Source: Blautia sp. (GTDB taxonomy: Bacteria > Bacillota > Clostridia > Lachnospirales > Lachnospiraceae). Taken from it: DNA of 64,000 nucleotides. Below are positions 28,546-36,138 of this stretch, one piece after another (the first letter of the stretch is position 1; each line of letters starts with the position of its first letter). The stretch covers positions 4,089 through 68,088 of the forward strand of contig JBKXQO010000001.1 of NCBI GenBank assembly GCA_047014865.1, read 5' to 3'. The position numbers and the translations under genes were made by a program. The notes beneath the pieces were generated by a model that worked only from the letters and a program-made list of their open reading frames with translations, did not search any database and was not told the DNA's origin.

Positions 28546-30405
28546 TTATAAAAATGGGTTTTCGGATTCAAAAACATGAATACAGGCTGCCGTGCCTTTG
28601 CTGATTTCTGAATGGTGAATAGCGTCGTATTCCTCCAGGTCCAGCAGTAACGCTTTAATCTGGTTCCCAACTTTCTGAGAAGTGCCATATATCCGGCATC
28701 CCTTGAAGTATTGGCTGCTCTCTATAATATCCTTTACCCGGCCTTTCCACTTACCCTTGCCCTGGTCTACAAGGTGCCTTATAGTATTCACTATAGGGTC
28801 ACGGTCATAAGCCTGACGCTTTCTTGTCTCTTCTACGGCTGCGGCATCACCTAAATTCTCCCACTTAACACCATTGCGTTTCAGCTTATAACTACTGTCT
28901 ATGAGCGTCCTTCCTGTTATTGCAAGGGTGGCTTCTTTGTCCTCTCGCTTCTCTTTGTAGAGAACCCATACAAAATCACTTACACCGATGATCGCAGTAG
29001 ATCCTAAAAGATTACTGAACGGGTCTGTAGGGTCAACAAATTTCCTATCATGGTATATGGGCATGATGCACACGCCAAAACGGTCTGCAATCTGTTTGAG
29101 CTTTGTCAGAATTTCATAATCTGCTTCATAGTCCGTTTGGTTGAGCTGTTTCCCTCTTTTTACTTTCTGGAACACATCAATAACGACCATTTTTACATCC
29201 GGGTTCCCTTCCAGGAAACTACATAAATCTTCTTCAAATCCTTCACCCATTAAATTAAAATCGTGAGCAAAGCATAAATTATGCGGCGGTTCTCTCCCGT
29301 CCAATATCGCTCTCAATCTATCCTGTGTTAGAGATGGAGTATTCTCAAGATCCACATATAGGACACCACATTTCTTCGTAGTAAACCCCAGAAACTTATC
29401 TCCACACGCCAGATCGACACTTAATTGTAGCGCAAGCCAGCTCTTACCCAATTTCGACTTAGCGGACAGCCCCCCTAATCCTTTTGTTAAAATTCCTTCT
29501 ACAAGGTGTATAATAGGTGGCAGATCGGCTGTCATTAAAGCATCCGCCCCAGTATAATTGATTGTCTTTTTTTCTGTCTTCTGCCGGAACTTACCATTAT
29601 CGTACACCGCCGTATATGACTTTTCCGTTTTCCAGCCCCGTTTCAACGCAGGAAACACTGTCTTTTCAAGTTCCTGGTCAGTGAGCGGTGGAACGCACTT
29701 CTTGTCATTTTCTGCCCGGATTGCTGCCTTGATTGCTTCATCATCAAGCCCCTTTGCTTTTAAGCTACCAATCAGCTTAATCATAGCGTTTGTCCGTTCC
29801 CCTTCGGAGATTGTCTCCGGCATCTGAAAAAGTTCCTGCCTTTCTGGAACTGATCCCATGAGAAAATTTGCCACTCTGCCATCTACCTGGGCAATCTCAC
29901 AATCTCCCGGCCCCTGCTCCCATTCATACTGACGCCCATTTGGGTGTATGCTTGGCGGAGCCACTATGTACCCGCCCTCTCCACGGATATCAACCCCCTC
30001 ATAAAGCCCGACACGGTTCCGATTCACGGCACTATCCCTGTATAAAAGATGATAGCCGCCCCGGCCTGTGACACTTGTCCATGTGTCAGGAAGCTCCCCA
30101 TTCTCCCTCTGCCAGTCCCTTAAAACATCGTAGCCATCAATCCCCTTGTCCTTATCTACATCCAGATCAATAACCACCAGGCCGTTAGATTTGCCCCCTG
30201 TAGCGATTCCAATATTGTACTGGGGATTAATCCCCCACCAGTCTTCTATCTGCTGTAAATCAGTGGTAGCGGCCTTACAGCCATTTTCTGTTGCTGGGCG
30301 CTTGTCTTGCGGCTTCAGGGGAAACACAGATAAGCCCCAATGGGCGTATCTCAACGCCCAATCTCTCAGTGTCTCCAGCTTACTCACCTGCCTTAACGCC
30401 GCCAT
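28546..30405 (-). CDS. Bifunctional primase-polymerase (Prim-Pol) + PriCT + RecA-like AAA helicase
   Basis: VFPL..K.P, NIGIATG, VIDLD, TGRGGYHL, DIRGEGGYIVAPPSIH; ERTN..PPL..EL; AKSKLGKS Walker A, VVIDVFQ. Confidence 0.88.
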   Translation of the reverse strand: MAALRQVSKLETLRDWALRYAHWGLSVFPLKPQDKRPATENGCKAATTDLQQIEDWWGINPQYNIGIATGGKSNGLVVIDLDVDKDKGIDGYDVLRDWQRENGELPDTWTSVTGRGGYHLLYRDSAVNRNRVGLYEGVDIRGEGGYIVAPPSIHPNGRQYEWEQGPGDCEIAQVDGRVANFLMGSVPERQELFQMPETISEGERTNAMIKLIGSLKAKGLDDEAIKAAIRAENDKKCVPPLTDQELEKTVFPALKRGWKTEKSYTAVYDNGKFRQKTEKKTINYTGADALMTADLPPIIHLVEGILTKGLGGLSAKSKLGKSWLALQLSVDLACGDKFLGFTTKKCGVLYVDLENTPSLTQDRLRAILDGREPPHNLCFAHDFNLMGEGFEEDLCSFLEGNPDVKMVVIDVFQKVKRGKQLNQTDYEADYEILTKLKQIADRFGVCIMPIYHDRKFVDPTDPFSNLLGSTAIIGVSDFVWVLYKEKREDKEATLAITGRTLIDSSYKLKRNGVKWENLGDAAAVEETRKRQAYDRDPIVNTIRHLVDQGKGKWKGRVKDIIESSQYFKGCRIYGTSQKVGNQIKALLLDLEEYDAIHHSEISKGTAACIHVFESENPFL

Positions 30406-30571
30406 AGCAGCATTTCTCCTCGAAATAGGCCCTATTCACCTTCCCAGCTATGGTTATGTACCCCTGTGCCTTTAACCGCCCATTCAGCTCCCGGATCACC
30501 TCATAGGCCTTCCCCTCACTCACTCCAAGGGCCTCTTGCACTTCCTTTACCGTTACAAATTGCTTATTCAT
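30380..30571 (-). CDS. xis: Excisionase-like HTH protein
   Basis: FVTVKEVQEALGVSEGKAYEVIRELN..L...GYITIAGKV, typical of Firmicute ICE/prophage Xis. Confidence 0.72.
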   Translation of the reverse strand: MNKQFVTVKEVQEALGVSEGKAYEVIRELNGRLKAQGYITIAGKVNRAYFEEKCCYGGVKAGE

Positions 30572-30588
30572 TGGCTCCTCCTTTCCCA

Positions 30589-30801
30589 TTAGGCAAAGAT
30601 AATCTTGTGACTTGGTTCTTCTATCCCCTTGTATTTCACAACACAGCAGAATCCATAATCATAATAGACCGCTGGTACTTCTGCGCTTGCAGATCTGCTA
30701 ATCTTAATTTCTGTCACATAATCTACTCCTACGGTGTGCGCTTTCTCAATTAACGCCGCAACCTCATAAGACTTCGTTAAATATACCTTGTATCCTTCCA
30801 T
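30589..30801 (-). CDS. Hypothetical protein (MEGYKVYLTKS..., 70 aa)
   Basis: AGGAGG RBS at 30809-30814; between cro and xis. Confidence 0.6.
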   Translation of the reverse strand: MEGYKVYLTKSYEVAALIEKAHTVGVDYVTEIKISRSASAEVPAVYYDYGFCCVVKYKGIEEPSHKIIFA

Positions 30802-30821
30802 TGTTCTTCCTCCTTTTCTTC

Positions 30822-30840
30822 TCATCCATGCCGCCCAGCA
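30822..30840 (+). repeat. 19-bp repeat copy 1 (TCATCCATGCCGCCCAGCA)
   Basis: Identical to 31973-31991. Confidence 0.85.
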
Positions 30841-30846
30841 TAGAGA

Positions 30847-31056
30847 TTATTCTTCTGTTTCGATGATCTCAGTTACATCAACGCCGAGAGCTTTCGCGAT
30901 CTTTCCGACAGTTAATGGCTTGCAAGTTTTTTTAGTAAGTACATTAGCTAAAGATGTTTTTGGCATGGCTGCTTTTTTTGCTAATCCTTCTGTAGAAAGA
31001 CAGTTCCTTGCCATAGATAGCTCAATCTTTTCTTTGCTTATCCTCAATATGCTCAC
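30847..31056 (-). CDS. Cro-like XRE HTH protein
   Basis: Short HTH (LAKKAAMPKTSLANV...KIAKALGVDVTEII), divergent from the repressor. Confidence 0.8.
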   Translation of the reverse strand: MSILRISKEKIELSMARNCLSTEGLAKKAAMPKTSLANVLTKKTCKPLTVGKIAKALGVDVTEIIETEE

Positions 31057-31066
31057 CTCTTTTCAA

Positions 31067-31141
31067 ACAGTATTTTTACTGTTTTTCACAATATATCACA
31101 GCATTATTATTGTGTCAATATAAAAACAGTTTTTTTATTGT
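31067..31141. promoter_or_regulatory. Genetic switch: three 16-bp operators and leftward promoter TTGACA-N17-TATATT
   Basis: ACAGTATTTTTACTGT (31067-82), ACAGCATTATTATTGT (31098-113), ACAGTTTTTTTATTGT (31126-141); -35 at 31113-118, -10 at 31090-95 on the minus strand. Confidence 0.7.
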
Positions 31142-31190
31142 GTTTCTGTACATAATATGATAAAGTAATTGCAATGGAGGTATACAGGAT

Positions 31191-31640
31191 ATGACATTTG
31201 GTGAAAGAGTAAAAGAATTACGCTTAAAAAAAGGACTTACTCAACGTGAACTTGGTGAAAGAATGGGGGGAATAACCCAACAAACTATTGCACAATATGA
31301 AAAAATAGTTGAACAACCCAAATTAGTTACCATTCGCAAAATAGCAAATGCTCTTGATGTAAAATTGTATGAACTGGTGATAGACTGGTCACAATTTTCC
31401 CCTGAAGAATTAAAAGAAGATTTTACCAATACTGACGGAAATTTCTACGGAAAAGAAGCATCCCCTGAAGAACAGCAAAAATTCATGGATCGTTTGTTTA
31501 ATGGCAAAAACGAGGCTTCCAACAAAAGAAAAGCCTTAGATAAAAAAATAGATCAGTTTAATGATGATGGAATACAGAAGATTTCTGATTATGCAGATGA
31601 TATAATGAAAATCCCCGAATACCGCAAAGACACCGAATAA
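31191..31640 (+). CDS. XRE-family (CI/Stl-like) repressor
   Basis: MTFGERVKELRLKKGLTQRELGERMGGITQQTIAQYE HTH. Confidence 0.88.
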   Translation: MTFGERVKELRLKKGLTQRELGERMGGITQQTIAQYEKIVEQPKLVTIRKIANALDVKLYELVIDWSQFSPEELKEDFTNTDGNFYGKEASPEEQQKFMDRLFNGKNEASNKRKALDKKIDQFNDDGIQKISDYADDIMKIPEYRKDTE

Positions 31641-31663
31641 GGTCGTGAATCACGACCTTATTC
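31635..31663. repeat. Perfect 14-bp inverted repeat at the repressor stop
   Basis: GAATAAGGTCGTGA-A-TCACGACCTTATTC. Confidence 0.7.
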
Positions 31664-31752
31664 CGCACCTTGACAATATAATATACTTACCCAGGGAACC
31701 GATGGGGCGACTACACCAGTCACCGGAATACAAATGAAGGGAGCTGGTGCCA

Positions 31753-31839
31753 ATGATTACAGTGTCGGAATTATTCCAGTTTGTAACCATGCTTTGTGCA
31801 GTGATAACTCTTGTTATTTACATATCACGCAAAAAGTAG
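31753..31839 (+). CDS. Type I toxin, holin-like single-TM peptide (MITVSELFQFVTMLCAVITLVIYISRKK)
   Basis: 28 aa, GAAGGGAG RBS, hydrophobic helix with basic C-terminus; convergent antisense promoter. Confidence 0.75.
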   Translation: MITVSELFQFVTMLCAVITLVIYISRKK

Positions 31840-31925
31840 CGCCCTCGGTCTGGTAAACTAAGGCGCTACTTTAGCAAATTACTTTACCGGCGACTAGGTG
31901 TGTTCTAGTCATCGGTTCTCTTGTT
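31830..31925 (-). ncRNA. Putative antisense antitoxin RNA
   Basis: Consensus TTGACA-N17-TATAAT on the minus strand (31960-31932); hairpin AAAGUAGCGCC...GGCGCUACUUUUU overlapping the toxin stop. Confidence 0.65.
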
Positions 31926-31960
31926 AAGTATATTATATGTCAATAAAAAACTATTGTCAA

Positions 31961-32006
31961 ATACCTTTCTCTTCATCCATGCCGCCCAGCAAGAAAGGAA
32001 GGGTAT
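31961..32006 (+). promoter_or_regulatory. RBS-sequestering hairpin in the integrase leader; its loop holds repeat copy 2 (31973-31991)
   Basis: AUACCUUUCU-c-UUC pairs with GAA-a-GGAAGGGUAU just before ATG 32008. Confidence 0.55.
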
Positions 32007-32007
32007 T

Positions 32008-33078
32008 ATGCCAGTATTTAAAGACGAACAACGGGGAACTTACTTTGTAAAATGCTACTACACAGACCACACCGGAACCCGGAAACAGAAAAAGAAACGG
32101 GGCTTTAAACTCCAGAGGGACGCCAAAGAATGGGAAAGGAATTTTCTGGAGACTCAACAGGCTGACCTTAATATATCCTTTGAATCCTTTGTAAAAATCT
32201 ATAATGAGGACATGAAGCACCGCCTCAGGGAGCATACCTTTATTCAGAAGCAGTATGTCATAAACAAGAAGCTGCTGCCTTTCTTTGGAAAACTCCCAGT
32301 GTCGCAGATCACCCCGGCTCATGTGCGGAAATGGCAAAATGCATTGATCGCCTACCGGGATGAAAAAGACAAGCCCTATTCTGAAACCTATCTACGGACA
32401 ATTAACAACCAACTTTCCGCCATCATGAATTACGCTGTCCGGTACTACGATTTAAAAGATAACCCATGCCGCAAAGCCGGGAGCATAGGAAAAGGCCATG
32501 CGGATGAAATGCAGTTCTGGACTACGGACGAATTTAAGCGGTTCCTTGAAAAGATCTCTGATAAACCAGCCTCAAGAGCCGGATTTCTCATTCTGTATTA
32601 TACGGGCTTACGCATAGGAGAACTATTAGCCCTAGAATATGCCGATATAGATTTTAAAAGCTGCACAATCAACATAAATAAATCCTACCAGCATATCAAC
32701 GGAAAGGACGTTGTAACGCCGCCTAAAACGCCCAAGAGCGTCCGTATTGTGTCTATCCCGGAATTTCTACGGGACGAGATTAAAAGCTATACAGAACGGC
32801 TCTACGGCCTCCATAAGCATGACCGGATTTTCCCATACACAAAACACTTTTTCGAACGTGAAATGATACGAGGAACCAAGGATGGGGAAATAAAGCGGAT
32901 CCGGCTCCACGACATTCGTCACAGCCATGCCAGCCTGTTGATTGAGATGGAATTCTCTGCCCTATCTGTTGCCGACCGCCTGGGGCATGAGAAAGTAGAA
33001 ACCACTCTCAATACCTATTCCCATCTGTTTCCCCACAAGCGGGATGAAGTGGCCGAAAAGCTCCAAAAATTAAAATAG
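32008..33078 (+). CDS. int: Tyrosine recombinase / site-specific integrase
   Basis: Arm-binding N-terminus (KQKKKRGFKLQRDAKEWE); YTGLRIGELLAL, PKT, HDIRHSHAS, LGH, TYSH catalytic motifs. Confidence 0.95.
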   Translation: MPVFKDEQRGTYFVKCYYTDHTGTRKQKKKRGFKLQRDAKEWERNFLETQQADLNISFESFVKIYNEDMKHRLREHTFIQKQYVINKKLLPFFGKLPVSQITPAHVRKWQNALIAYRDEKDKPYSETYLRTINNQLSAIMNYAVRYYDLKDNPCRKAGSIGKGHADEMQFWTTDEFKRFLEKISDKPASRAGFLILYYTGLRIGELLALEYADIDFKSCTININKSYQHINGKDVVTPPKTPKSVRIVSIPEFLRDEIKSYTERLYGLHKHDRIFPYTKHFFEREMIRGTKDGEIKRIRLHDIRHSHASLLIEMEFSALSVADRLGHEKVETTLNTYSHLFPHKRDEVAEKLQKLK

Positions 33079-33093
33079 TACCATTTTAGTACC
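33076..33093 (+). repeat. Putative integrase arm-type site (TAGTACCATTTTAGTACC)
   Basis: Internal TAGTACC tandem; near match at 24578-24595. Confidence 0.55.
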
Positions 33094-33155
33094 GCAAGCA
33101 TAAAGAAAAAGCCGATTTTCCTTGTAAATTCAAGGTTTCTCGGCTCTTTTCTATT

Positions 33156-33168
33156 TATTCTGTAACAA
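33156..33168 (+). repeat. att core, right (TATTCTGTAACAA)
   Basis: Identical to 24465-24477; ~80 bp downstream of int. Confidence 0.8.
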
Positions 33169-33176
33169 TCGTTACA
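33161..33176. promoter_or_regulatory. CRP/FNR-like palindrome TGTAAC-AATC-GTTACA overlapping the att core
   Basis: TGTAA-N6-TTACA, same geometry as the CRP box. Confidence 0.55.
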
Positions 33177-33200
33177 TTTCGACTAAAATAGTCTTCTTTC

Positions 33201-33229
33201 TTGACGGCTCTAATAAATTTGATTATAAT
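33201..33229 (+). promoter_or_regulatory. SigA promoter TTGACG-N17-TATAAT
   Basis: Near-consensus, upstream of the Acr3-like gene. Confidence 0.7.
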
Positions 33230-33257
33230 CACACTATCAAACCTAGGAGGATCTCCC

Positions 33258-34208
33258 ATGAACTTGACCACGAAACTACAACCTATCTTCATTCTATCTG
33301 CGGCAGCCCTGGGCCTTCTGCTGGGATATCTAACTCAGTTTGGCGTTTTTTCCCTACAACTGATCGAACCCTTTTTGATGATCCTGCTGTACTTCGTATT
33401 TCTCTCTGTAGACGGCACAAAGTTCAAGCGTTCCTTTCTGAATCTAAAATTCACAGCCACGGCAGTTCTCGTGAACTTCGTTTGGACTCCCATATTCACC
33501 TATCTTCTGGGATTGTTATTCTTTCGCGGTGTGATCGATCTGCAGATGGGATTGATGATGTTGATGGTGACTCCCTGTACAGATTGGTACATTGTATTTA
33601 CCGGCTTATCCAAAGGCAATGTAGAATTGGGAGCCTCCCTTCTCCCGCTGAACCTTTTGCTTCAGATTTTGCTGCTCCCCGTCTACTTATTACTCTTCTT
33701 TGGAGGGACTGTCCACTTCCAGATAAATGCAATCCTGGCCAGCATCATAACCGTCCTGCTAATTCCATTCCTGCTCTCCTTTTTTACCAAGTATCTGGAG
33801 ACCCATTTTTCTTCCTGGACAAGCCTGGGGCAGCGGTTGAGATCCCGGGGAGACGACGCACAGCTACTTTTTCTGTGCCTGGCTGTGATCTCCATGTTCG
33901 CCTCAGAGAGCAGAGAGCTATTCAACCACCCACTGCTACTGCTAAAAATGCTTCTTCCATTGTTGCTATTTTTCACAGTCAACTTTATTTTTGTGCAGGC
34001 CATCGGCAGACGGCTGAGATTTCCCACGGCCGACACCGTCGCCCTGAATTTTACCACCCTGGCCAGAAATTCTCCGCTCTCCCTGGCCATCGCTGTGGCT
34101 GCTTTTCCCGACAGGCCATTGATCTCCCTGGCTTTAGTCATAGGCCCCCTAATTGAACTTCCCGTGTTATCCGTGATCTCCAGCATCCTGTTAAGGCGTC
34201 AAAACTGA
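33258..34208 (+). CDS. Acr3/BART-superfamily transporter (arsenic resistance protein-like)
   Basis: VNFVWTP, TPCTDW, ARNSPL, GPLIELP motifs. Confidence 0.82.
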   Translation: MNLTTKLQPIFILSAAALGLLLGYLTQFGVFSLQLIEPFLMILLYFVFLSVDGTKFKRSFLNLKFTATAVLVNFVWTPIFTYLLGLLFFRGVIDLQMGLMMLMVTPCTDWYIVFTGLSKGNVELGASLLPLNLLLQILLLPVYLLLFFGGTVHFQINAILASIITVLLIPFLLSFFTKYLETHFSSWTSLGQRLRSRGDDAQLLFLCLAVISMFASESRELFNHPLLLLKMLLPLLLFFTVNFIFVQAIGRRLRFPTADTVALNFTTLARNSPLSLAIAVAAFPDRPLISLALVIGPLIELPVLSVISSILLRRQN

Positions 34209-34262
34209 GAAGCCGTTCTCTCACCAGACACCCGCTCAGCCACCAAAAAGGAGGACTCAAAT

Positions 34263-35948
34263 ATGAATCGATCTTTCCGCAGAAAACTTGAAAACCTTCT
34301 GATTATCCTTATCGCCGCCGCGTCACTGGCTTTACTCATCCTAAGTTTTCTTCCGTCACTGCAAGTATCCGGCCGTATACAAATTTTCCTGGAGATGGGA
34401 AAAATGGTACAGAGAGTCTTCTCCATCGTGCTCTTTGTCCTCTCCTTCCAGCTTATGCGGAGAAAACAGGTCGCCTGGTGGATAGCCGTGTTCCTCTTCA
34501 TATTAAACTTTCTCCGCAGTCTGGCCGGACTCCCCCATCTCTATGCCGTTGTATTGATGGACGTAGATCTCCTTGTCCTGGCGATGCTTGTCTGGTTCCG
34601 CAAGGATTTCTGCTGCCCCACCTCCAGAACTTCTAAGAAAAAATCCATTTTCTTCCTATTGTTAGCTCTTTCCGGAATCGTGGCCAACGCCGGAATCAGC
34701 TACCACTACCTGCGCTTGGGAACGGAAGGCTCAGGCGTCTCTTTCTGGGAAAGCCTTTCCTACGGAGCTGGGATGATCTTCGGAATAAAAACCCCTCTCC
34801 TCCTCGGTCACGGCGCACAGCGCGTGGAAAATTTTGTCTTCTGGTTTAGCTGGGCTTGTATTCTAGCCGCTCTCTTCCACGCCGCGCGCCCATGGATCGA
34901 CACGCGCCTCCATGGAAAATCCGATCTGCACCATGCCAGAACTCTGCTGAACTTATACGGCCAAAACCCCTGTTCTTACCTGGCCTTAGAGGCTGACAAA
35001 CAATTGTACTTTGGCAATCACACCGACGGAGTCGTCCCCTATGGCACCGTAGGTAGCACGATCATTGTAAACGGAGACCCCATCTGCGCGGATAATGATT
35101 TTCCCTCCCTACTGGCCGAGTTCCGGGAATTCTGCCAAAAGAGCGCTCACGATCTGTTCATTCTCAATGTAACCGATCACTATCTGGACGAATATCAACG
35201 ACAGGGTTTTGGATATGTCAAATGTGGAGAAGAAGCCCGGTTTGACCTGTCCGAATACGAGATATCCGGCAAAAAAGGCGCTAAGATGCGTATGAATATC
35301 AACCACGCCACCAAAGCCGGAGTCACCGTCCACGAATACTGTGTATCGAAACAGAGAAACCCCGAACTGGAAAAAGAATTTGACCGAATCACAGAAGAAT
35401 GGCTAAGAGAGAAAAAAAGTTCTCTGCTCCAATTCACTCTGGGAGGCGTAGGTCTTGACACTCCCATGGATAAGCGGTATTTCTACGGGACCAATGCCGA
35501 AGGCCAAATGGTGGGCTTCATCGTCTTCGTCCCGTTTCTGGGTAAGAAAGGATACATGGCCGATGTGACCAGACATGGCGCCAACGCCCCCAGTGGAGTC
35601 ATGGAGACTATCATCTACCAGGCATTTCAGCAGTTCAAAGAAGAAGGCGTCCAGTACGGAAGCCTGGGCGTAGCCCCTTTGGCCGGACTGGAGCAAGATA
35701 CCCCCAACTTGGTGGAAAAGTTACTCCGGTTCGTCTACAATAATTTAAACGGGTGTTATGGCTTCCGCGATCTCTACCGGGCGAAAGCCAAGTACAGTCC
35801 CACCCAGTGGCTTCCCTCCTACTACGCCTACCTGCCCAAGATTCCCACCCCAAAGATGTTCTACGCCATCATAAAAATTCAAAATCCCAAGGGAATCCTG
35901 GACTACGTCAAAGGTTTCCTAAAAGGAAAAAGAAACGGGAGAAAATAG
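34263..35948 (+). CDS. Aminoacyl-phosphatidylglycerol synthase (MprF C-terminal/DUF2156 domain)
   Basis: ~6 TM plus GDPIC, GEEARFDL, SLGVAPLAG, YGFRDLYRAKAKY.P.W motifs. Confidence 0.82.
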   Translation: MNRSFRRKLENLLIILIAAASLALLILSFLPSLQVSGRIQIFLEMGKMVQRVFSIVLFVLSFQLMRRKQVAWWIAVFLFILNFLRSLAGLPHLYAVVLMDVDLLVLAMLVWFRKDFCCPTSRTSKKKSIFFLLLALSGIVANAGISYHYLRLGTEGSGVSFWESLSYGAGMIFGIKTPLLLGHGAQRVENFVFWFSWACILAALFHAARPWIDTRLHGKSDLHHARTLLNLYGQNPCSYLALEADKQLYFGNHTDGVVPYGTVGSTIIVNGDPICADNDFPSLLAEFREFCQKSAHDLFILNVTDHYLDEYQRQGFGYVKCGEEARFDLSEYEISGKKGAKMRMNINHATKAGVTVHEYCVSKQRNPELEKEFDRITEEWLREKKSSLLQFTLGGVGLDTPMDKRYFYGTNAEGQMVGFIVFVPFLGKKGYMADVTRHGANAPSGVMETIIYQAFQQFKEEGVQYGSLGVAPLAGLEQDTPNLVEKLLRFVYNNLNGCYGFRDLYRAKAKYSPTQWLPSYYAYLPKIPTPKMFYAIIKIQNPKGILDYVKGFLKGKRNGRK

Positions 35949-36013
35949 AAGTCTCAACCTTCCATTTATCACGCTTTTGCGGCAAAAGAAATTTACCGAA
36001 ATTTCTGTTTACT

Positions 36014-36059
36014 AAAAAACCAGAGCGAATCTTCTACGCTGGATTCTCTCTGGTTTTTT
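36014..36059. terminator. Bidirectional intrinsic terminator
   Basis: AAAAAACCAGAG...CTCTGGTTTTTT between convergent genes. Confidence 0.65.
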
Positions 36060-36138
36060 AGTGAATAATCAATGATTTCCACTCCGATGCCCGGCCTATT
36101 CTCTCCTCTAGCCTAGGCAGCTTTACAGCCGTTCTCCT

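Larger units (their letters stand above)
24465..33168. mobile_element. Integrated phage satellite / PICI-like element, ~8.7 kb, encoding its own capsid and scaffold plus a sigma factor
   Basis: 13-bp terminal direct repeats; int, repressor/cro, xis, primase-replicase, terS remnant, scaffold, major capsid protein and sigma factor; no tail, portal or TerL. Confidence 0.88.

Noticed and set aside
30291..30300. TTGCTGGGCG in the primase gene as a fourth copy of the CGCCCAGC motif
   Set aside because: Inside coding sequence (K-R-P-A), short and with no evident hairpin context; may be chance.
24465..33168. Calling the element a complete prophage, a canonical capsid-forming PICI or an ICE
   Set aside because: No portal, large terminase, protease, head-tail, tail, lysis, relaxase or conjugation genes are visible between the att repeats.
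33482..34186. Long overlapping alternative-frame and antisense ORFs here and elsewhere
   Set aside because: They overlap well-supported genes and show no recognisable motifs; expected shadow ORFs.
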